A stretch of 62,978 nt of DNA, filler included, from Basidiobolus meristosporus CBS 931.73 (taxonomy: Eukaryota; Fungi; Basidiobolomycota), in assembly GCA_002104905.1 (NCBI GenBank). It is 3 parts of 3 records of this genome, joined end to end, with 100 filler letters (N's around TTAATTAATTAA, not from the genome) between each part and the next. Parts side by side here need not be neighbours in the genome. Positions count along the whole stretch, not along the records: positions 42,949 to 62,978 come from MCFE01001014.1; 2 more parts are not named here. The stretch is one strand, 5' to 3'. Positions 57,701 to 62,978 of the stretch are shown one piece after another (within the stretch, counting starts at the first letter, position 1; every line of letters begins with the position of its first letter). The notes below the pieces were generated by a model. The model did no database searches, was not told the origin of the DNA, and worked only from the letters and a program-made list of their open reading frames with translations. The translations under genes were made by a program, and so were the position numbers.

Positions 57701-58458
57701 GTGAATGGATGCGTATCTGCTTCGAACTGTTGGATCTACTGAAGGCACACAAGAAAGGAATTCGTAGAGCCGCTGTCAACACATTCGGCTACATTGCCAA
57801 GGCCATTGGACCGCAAGATGTGTTGGCCACATTGCTGAACAACCTGAAGGTCCAAGAGCGCCAGAACCGTGTGTGCACCACGGTCGCCATCGCCATCGTT
57901 TCGGAGACCTGCGCGCCGTTCACCGTGCTGCCCGCGCTGATGAACGAATACAGAGTCCCGGAGCTGAATGTGCAAAACGGAGTGTTGAAGTCCCTCTCGT
58001 GGGTGTTCGAATATATCGGTGAGATGGGCAAGGATTACATTTACGCCGTTACACCACTGCTTGAGGATGCATTGATGGATCGAGATCTTGTCCATCGTCA
58101 GACCGCCTGTACCACCGTCAAGCACATGGCGCTGGGTGCATACGGTTTGGGCTGCGAGGATGCGCTCCTTCACCTGCTCAACTACGTGTGGCCCAACGTG
58201 TTCGAAACCTCCCCACACGTTATCAACGCAGTCATGGAAGCCATCGATGGCCTCAGGGTAGCTTTGGGACCCGCCATCATTCTTCAGTACGTTCTCCAGG
58301 GACTCTTCCACCCAGCCAGAAAGGTCCGCGAGATCTACTGGAAGATCTACAACAACGTGTACATCGGTGCACAAGATGCCCTGGTGCCGTTCTATCCCAC
58401 CATCGAGGATGACTCGAGAAACCGTTATCAACGTCACGAGATGGACTATTTCCTATAA
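54751..58458 (+). CDS. SF3B1: Splicing factor 3B subunit 1 (U2 snRNP; Hsh155/Prp10), intronless; start may be the second Met at 54787
   Basis: RWDETP repeats, [43 protein letters not shown]-repeat C-terminus. Confidence 0.98.
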   Translation: MGADNLEANLSVMSDIDIDAQIKAQQAEREARLKEQKQSTQASLVGDIAYDTDLYGSSNKYAGYETSLPVNEIDDEEQVRKPKSLLSSYTAPKEIYEELAGVGDDETDPFEGRNGSKKIVDREDEYHARRFNRALSPERIDAFSTNGNTNSEARSYAEAMKQVELEKEEQRVRRKIAEKGKEAEANGQEIEPQQPAKRRRWDVDAPSNESRSEWEKPDEEEKTEPKKSKWDETPRESTRRKNRWDETPVSNAWDATPQSSVADTPSGKRRSRWDETPVNANAFGATPVGSYGMMTPTPNQLAQPMTPEAMNAMRWEKEIDSRNRPLSDEELDAMFPTSGYKILDPPPSYVPIRTPARKLTATPSPMVGMSGFMMQEEDRSQTYDLPTEIPGVGNLPFFKQEDMQHFGKLLDNADENELSVEELKERKIMRLLLKIKNGTPPMRKAALRQITDKAREFGAGPLFNQILPLLMSPTLEDQERHLLVKVIDRILYKLDDLVRPFVHKILVVIEPLLIDEDYYARVEGREIISNLSKAAGLATMIATMRPDIDHVDEYVRNTTARAFSVVASALGIPALLPFLKAVCKSKKSWQARHTGIKIVQQIAILLGCAILPHLKSLVDIIAHGLEDEQQKVRTIASLAIAALAESAAPYGIESFDSVLKPLWTGIRKHRGKGLAAFLKAIGYIIPLMDAEYANYYTKEVMIILIREFQSPDEEMKKIVLKVIKQCASTDGVEARYIKEEILPEFFKNFWVRRMALDRRNYKQLVETTVELAQKVGVTEIVGRIVEDLKDESEPYRKMVMEAIEKVISALGAADIDTRLEEILIDGILYAFQEQTVEDVVMLNGFGTVVNALGMRVQLYLQQICSTILWRLNNKSAKVRQQAADLISRIAVVMKTCGEEKLMGQLGIVLYEYLGEEYPEVLGSILGALKSIVNVIGMSSMTPPIKDLLPRLTPILRNRHEKVQENCIDLVGRIADRGAEFVSAREWMRICFELLDLLKAHKKGIRRAAVNTFGYIAKAIGPQDVLATLLNNLKVQERQNRVCTTVAIAIVSETCAPFTVLPALMNEYRVPELNVQNGVLKSLSWVFEYIGEMGKDYIYAVTPLLEDALMDRDLVHRQTACTTVKHMALGAYGLGCEDALLHLLNYVWPNVFETSPHVINAVMEAIDGLRVALGPAIILQYVLQGLFHPARKVREIYWKIYNNVYIGAQDALVPFYPTIEDDSRNRYQRHEMDYFL

Positions 58459-58806
58459 ATGTCGGTGGACTGTACTATTTCTATCCTTCTTTTCCTTTCC
58501 CTTCCTTCCCTCCCCATCCACCTTTTGAGTTAATAAAGTCGCTTATCATTTGCCCAATCGATCAATCACCAACCTCCCCACATTTCCATCTATGTCCGAA
58601 CCATCATGATTGCGATATGACGCAATGAACCAGGATGCCGTGGATAAACATACAAACGCGAACCTTATCAGCCCACAATCCGAATACCATATCTGATCTA
58701 TTGAGTACATTACCTGGACATTTCCTATGCCGGATTTACGCGATGCTTGAGCGCATGAGAAAGGACATCTAGGGAAACAGAGGGAAGAGGCTAGAAATAG
58801 CACAAC

Positions 58807-58870
58807 ACTAGAACGTCAACACTAGAACACCTGCACTAGAACAACAGTACTAGAACCGCAATGCTAGACC
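58807..58870 (+). repeat. 14-bp-period array: ACTAGAAC core x4 plus one degenerate copy, with variable 6-nt spacers
   Basis: Cores at 58807, 58821, 58835, 58849 (ACTAGAAC) and 58863 (GCTAGACC); spacers GTCAAC, ACCTGC, AACAGT, CGCAAT. Confidence 0.85.
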
Positions 58871-59335
58871 ATCCAGTCGAGGCTTCGGCATAACGATGCC
58901 TCGTGCGATCCGCCCGAAGTTCCGTTCCTCTCACTACGAAAAAAATAAGCAATCAGCAGATTACTAATTCGAGGCAACCTCATACGAGGCAACCTCATAA
59001 TCACTTTCATGGAAGTCGGTCGTGTTTGTATGTGGACTAGCTTAAGTATAGGAATAAAGGCTTTCCACTGGGTTGGCCGGATTTGGCAGGTGGTGATCCA
59101 TGGAACCTTCGGTGGAGATAACTGCGGTTTCCGAACTACCGAGTATTGACAATATCAGGGATGAGGCATTTAAAAGCGTGCGAGCGACACGCTGGATGGG
59201 GGCGAAAAAATGATGGCAGATACGGGATGATCGATATATTTGGAAATTCGGATTTTCCAGTCGTGGTGTCAGTGGATGTTATAAAACCGCCGTCTCCCTG
59301 CGCTGATCCCCTCGACACTTTCCCCCTAATTTTTA

Positions 59336-60433
59336 ATGATCAACCTTGGGTCCCTAATCAAGGCCTACTATCGATTCTTCGATGGATTGGCGCACTACCT
59401 ATCCCTCATCGAGATCCCATTTCTCTGCCTGGTAACCATCCCCTTCATCATATGGAACTCCATCCACTGGTCCATCAAGCTGGCGATCTTCGGCATCGGC
59501 GCTAGCTCCTACTATTTCATACCCCGCTCCCGGGCGATCATTCGACCTGCACTGCCCGTGTTCGCGTGGCTCTCATTATTCATCACTTGCGGGGACATCC
59601 CCACCGAGCTTCGTCCCGGGATCAACGTCACCTTCCTTCCTCGTACCGAGCAGCTTCTGTTCGGCGGGAACCTGTCGGATGTGCTGGCTAGCAACACCGC
59701 CGACTGGAAAGACATCCTGGCATGGATCGTGTACGGGGTGTTGCACTTCGTCAACGGGTTCATCGCCGTCCCCATGATGTATTTCCTCGGGCCCAAGGGG
59801 ACCCTGCCCAAGTTCGCTCGGGCCTACGGCTACATGAATCTGGCCGGAGTCATCACCCAACTTCTCATCCCCACCGCATCCCCCTGGTATCTTTACCTGT
59901 ACGGACTCGAGCCCGCCACCTACGCCATCCACGGTGAGCCTGGAGGCTTGGCCCGGATCGATCGCATCCTCAACCTCAACCTCTACAGCAACGCATTCAG
60001 CAACTCTCCCTTGGTCTTCGGCGCCTTCCCAAGTCTTCACAGCGGTTGCGCCGTGATGATCAACCTGTTCCTGGGCCACATCAAGCCCTATCTGATCCCC
60101 TTCAACTTCCTCTACATCGTGTGGATCTGGTGGGCGTGTCTCTACTTCCGCCACCACTACCTCATCGACCTCATCGGGGGATTCGTATACGCCTTCGTCT
60201 GCTTCCTGATCGTGTACAAGGGACGTATCGCGCCCCAGTGGGACGGCCCGGTCAAGGGAACCCCGGAGCTGCTCCCCACCCACAACGACTATGTCGCCTT
60301 GGACAACGCCAGCGAGGTGTTCTCGGACTTGGACATGGAGGATGCCCCCGAGATGGTCATCTCGGTGGATGCTCCCACCATGGTTCATTTCGACGAGAAG
60401 TCCCAGATAGATCTTATTTACACTTCCATTTAA
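59336..60433 (+). CDS. AUR1: Inositol phosphorylceramide synthase catalytic subunit (AUR1-like, PAP2 superfamily), intronless
   Basis: DILAWIVYGVLHF, ASPWY, PGGLARID, FGAFPSLHSG, RHHYLIDLIGG; multi-TM. Confidence 0.9.
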   Translation: MINLGSLIKAYYRFFDGLAHYLSLIEIPFLCLVTIPFIIWNSIHWSIKLAIFGIGASSYYFIPRSRAIIRPALPVFAWLSLFITCGDIPTELRPGINVTFLPRTEQLLFGGNLSDVLASNTADWKDILAWIVYGVLHFVNGFIAVPMMYFLGPKGTLPKFARAYGYMNLAGVITQLLIPTASPWYLYLYGLEPATYAIHGEPGGLARIDRILNLNLYSNAFSNSPLVFGAFPSLHSGCAVMINLFLGHIKPYLIPFNFLYIVWIWWACLYFRHHYLIDLIGGFVYAFVCFLIVYKGRIAPQWDGPVKGTPELLPTHNDYVALDNASEVFSDLDMEDAPEMVISVDAPTMVHFDEKSQIDLIYTSI

Positions 60434-61243
60434 TCCAATCAACCATCCCCATCCCCATTCCCAGCCCCAACTCCATACCCGTTCCTTCCATGTATATACG
60501 TAGTAGACTTTATTAATGCTAATCCGATAAAACCATCCTTCCTGTCTCCTAATAAACTGTGACAATCCCTGATTTGGCGACTCTTCCTGGGCTGGATTAA
60601 GCGGTGACCATGGAAATGACGGGGGCGCTGTGCCGTGGCATTGTTTAGGCTATCTGATGAATCCGGAAATGTCAGATTGTCCCGGATATTGAAAGAAATG
60701 GATTTGTTGGTGGGAAACACTTCAACCTGCAGCGTCATGGCTGGTCCTGACGAAATGGATTGGAGGGTATGGCCCATATCATGTTCACTGTACACCGCGG
60801 TTACGAATTCGTTTAGCATCGAATGGATTCCGGATTCAAGAGTCATGTCACCAAGAGCAACACAAAGCGTTAATTGCCAGTGGTCGTCCGGGGGGGGGGA
60901 TTGTCCTTAAGGGTGGTGGGCATGATATCGATGCCTGCCCAGTGCCGAGCCGTTAAAGAGAATGGCTTCTCGAGAGTGGGAAGTGGCCGTGTAGAGCCGG
61001 AGTGGTGGTGATTGTAGAACAGTGTCTTGGCGTAGGGCAGGAATCCATTCAACCCAGTGTTGGTGTCTACTGGATTGTCTTTCGCTTTGCATCACTGAAC
61101 ATTTATTATGTTGCTTGTCAGTTGTTTCCATGTCGTTGTCCACATTTTCCTTGTTCTTATTGAACCGTAACCGTGTTTTGCTCGTATGATTGTATTTTGG
61201 CTCAACCTTGGTGGCTTCTTTACCCCTGAATCGAAAAGAGAAG

Positions 61244-61316
61244 GGTCCTGTAGCTCAGTGGAAAGAGTGTCTCCCTCCGGAGGAGAAAGTCGTGGGTTCG
61301 ACCCCCACCTGGATCG
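61244..61316 (+). tRNA. tRNA-Arg(CCG)
   Basis: Anticodon arm TCTCC-CTCCGGA-GGAGA, TAGCTCAGTGG A-box, GGTTCGAC B-box, acceptor GGTCCTG/CTGGATC (one T:T mismatch), TTTTT terminator downstream. Confidence 0.9.
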
Positions 61317-61527
61317 ATCTTTTTGTTGGGTTGTACGAACGATGATGCCTAGATAAATTAATCTCCTGGGCGCTAAGCAATGTTTTAGGGCAGAATAAGC
61401 GCATCTGTTCCGCATTCCATCAAGATCAAAATTTACCAATCATCAGGTGATTCATCACCAGGTACTTTCTTTGCCAAAGCAACTTCGACCACCAGTTGCC
61501 GCACTTGACAACACCCATAGCAAAGCC

Positions 61528-62978
61528 ATGGGTTCATACAAGAGTTACGTATTGACCTTTTCTTGGGCAGTGTACCTGTTCGAGACCTATCTAAGGTAGG
61601 CCCCCGTCAATTGATTCACCCCCGCCCTTACCATACTGCGTTTTCTAACCGTTGGACGAACCGCAGCTATCGCCAGCATTGCAAGCTTCAGGAGCCACGG
61701 AGGCCGAAGGCCATCGAGGGGATAGTGACCGAGGAGGAGTTCGAGAAAGCCAGACAGTACGGCTTAGACAAGTCCCGGTTCGGATTCCTCTCCAGCACGT
61801 GGTCCCAACTAGAAAACTCCCTCCTCATCCAGTACGAGTTCCTGGCGTGGGCGTGGGGAGTGGCCGGTAGCCTGATCGGGTACTTCGGGTACGGCAGCGA
61901 ATACGAGGTCAGTAGTTTCCAGTCTGTTGCGAGGTATTTTCCTCTTTGGTGACCTCATTCCCCCCTCCCTCCCTCCCTGCCCGCCAGATCTTTCAATCGG
62001 TGTTTTTCTTTGTGATCATTTCGTTGGTGGGCTCCCTTACCTCCCTTCCCTTCAGCTTGTACAGCACTTTCGTGATCGAGCAACGCCACGGGTTCAACAA
62101 GCAGACGTACCGGTTGTTCTTCGAGGATCTTCTCAAAGGGTACCTCGTCGGTGGGGCCATCGGGATCCCACTGATCAGTGTCTTCTTGTGGATTGTCAAG
62201 TCCACCGGGGAGCAGTTCTATTACTACGTCTGGGTATTCATGTAAGTAGTCGAGAGTTTGGGTCTACCCCTCGGTCTCCCCGTACTAAACGCCACCACCA
62301 CCACCACCACCACCCGACAGGTTGCTGTTCCAGGTCCTCATGATCACCATCTATCCCACCTACATCCAGCCCTTGTTCAACACCTTCACCCCGCTCCCCG
62401 AGAACGAGCTGAGAAAGGATATCGAAGGGTTGGCCAAGCGGATCGAGTTCCCCCTCACCCAGCTGTACGTGATCGACGGTAGCAAACGCTCTAGCCACAG
62501 CAACGCCTACTTCTACGGGTTCTTCAAGAACAAGCGGATCGTGCTGTTCGACACCCTCCTCGAGGACTCCACGAACCCGGAGATCTGCGCGGTGCTGGGC
62601 CACGAGCTGGGCCACTGGAAGCTCAACCACGTGTTCAAGCTGTTCACCATCTCCCAGGTCCACCTGTTCTTCCTCTTCTACCTGTTCTCCAAGTTCATCG
62701 CCAACCGCGCCCTCTACCTCGACTTCGGTTTCTCCGACACTCCTACCCTGGTCGGCCTCATGCTCTTCAGCTACATCTTCTCCCCCGTCGAAAGCGTGCT
62801 CGGGTTCTGTATGAACGTCTTGAGCAGAATGCACGAGTTCCAAGCAGGTAATTCCTCCCTTCCACCTCCGCACATTTCATCTTGTTACGGAGATCGTTGG
62901 TGTCGGGGATGCTGGTGGAAATGTCCAGGTCAAGGAGTGATACCGATATTTATGTCCACAGCCACAGTCACAGCCACC
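61528..62978 (+). CDS. STE24: CAAX prenyl protease STE24/ZMPSTE24 (M48), 3' end outside window; start approximate
   Basis: [42 protein letters not shown] zinc motif, SRMHEFQA; several GT-AG introns. Confidence 0.95.

Noticed and set aside
55045-58437. Many long antisense or overlapping ORFs over SF3B1 (also over AUR1 and STE24, e.g. 59576-60565 and 62238-62873)
   Set aside because: Expected shadows of GC3-rich coding sequence; no independent motifs.
58807-58870. Repeat-spacer pattern as a CRISPR array
   Set aside because: 8-bp repeats and 6-nt spacers are far below CRISPR dimensions, the host is eukaryotic and there are no cas genes; kept only as a motif array.
62286-62313. (CAC)n run giving poly-His or poly-Trp ORFs
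   Set aside because: A microsatellite within a STE24 intron, not coding.

Overview
Eukaryotic, intron-containing fungal DNA. Short GT-AG introns with CTRAY-type branch sites plus AUR1, CipC and secreted tyrosinase genes suggest an early-diverging fungus; a Basidiobolus-like host is only my guess. Two artificial 100-bp scaffold gaps (44 N + TTAATTAATTAA + 44 N) split the window into three contigs. Two AT-rich, CpG-depleted transposon graveyards (about 0.65-15.2 kb and 42.9-54.2 kb) are dominated by one Ty1/copia family of the Ty5/copia (hemivirus, half-tRNA-primed) type. It includes two nearly identical copies with intact ORFs (one with identical 350-bp LTRs and a 5-bp TSD), one full-length decayed copy, and several nested fragments and a solo LTR. 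Between the graveyards lie an accessory-type block (nitrilase, a probably catalytically dead M28 aminopeptidase, an MM3350/pRiA4b-ORF3-like protein, CipC, tyrosinase) and housekeeping genes (WDR55, carnitine carrier, ILV1, prefoldin 2, IFRD, RPN11 fragment). The right end carries a bacterial-looking intronless GH18 gene, tRNA-Thr, SF3B1, AUR1, tRNA-Arg and STE24. The most interesting observations are: (1) a Ty5-like retrotransposon that repeatedly nests into CpG-decayed repeats and carries LISSPP in its integrase tail, close to the Ty5 heterochromatin-targeting motif LDSSPP; (2) its gag start codon lies inside the tRNA-iMet anticodon primer-binding site; (3) the M28 pseudo-peptidase; (4) the GH18 HGT candidate; (5) a 14-bp-period motif array upstream of AUR1. 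All comparisons were made by eye; no database searches were run.
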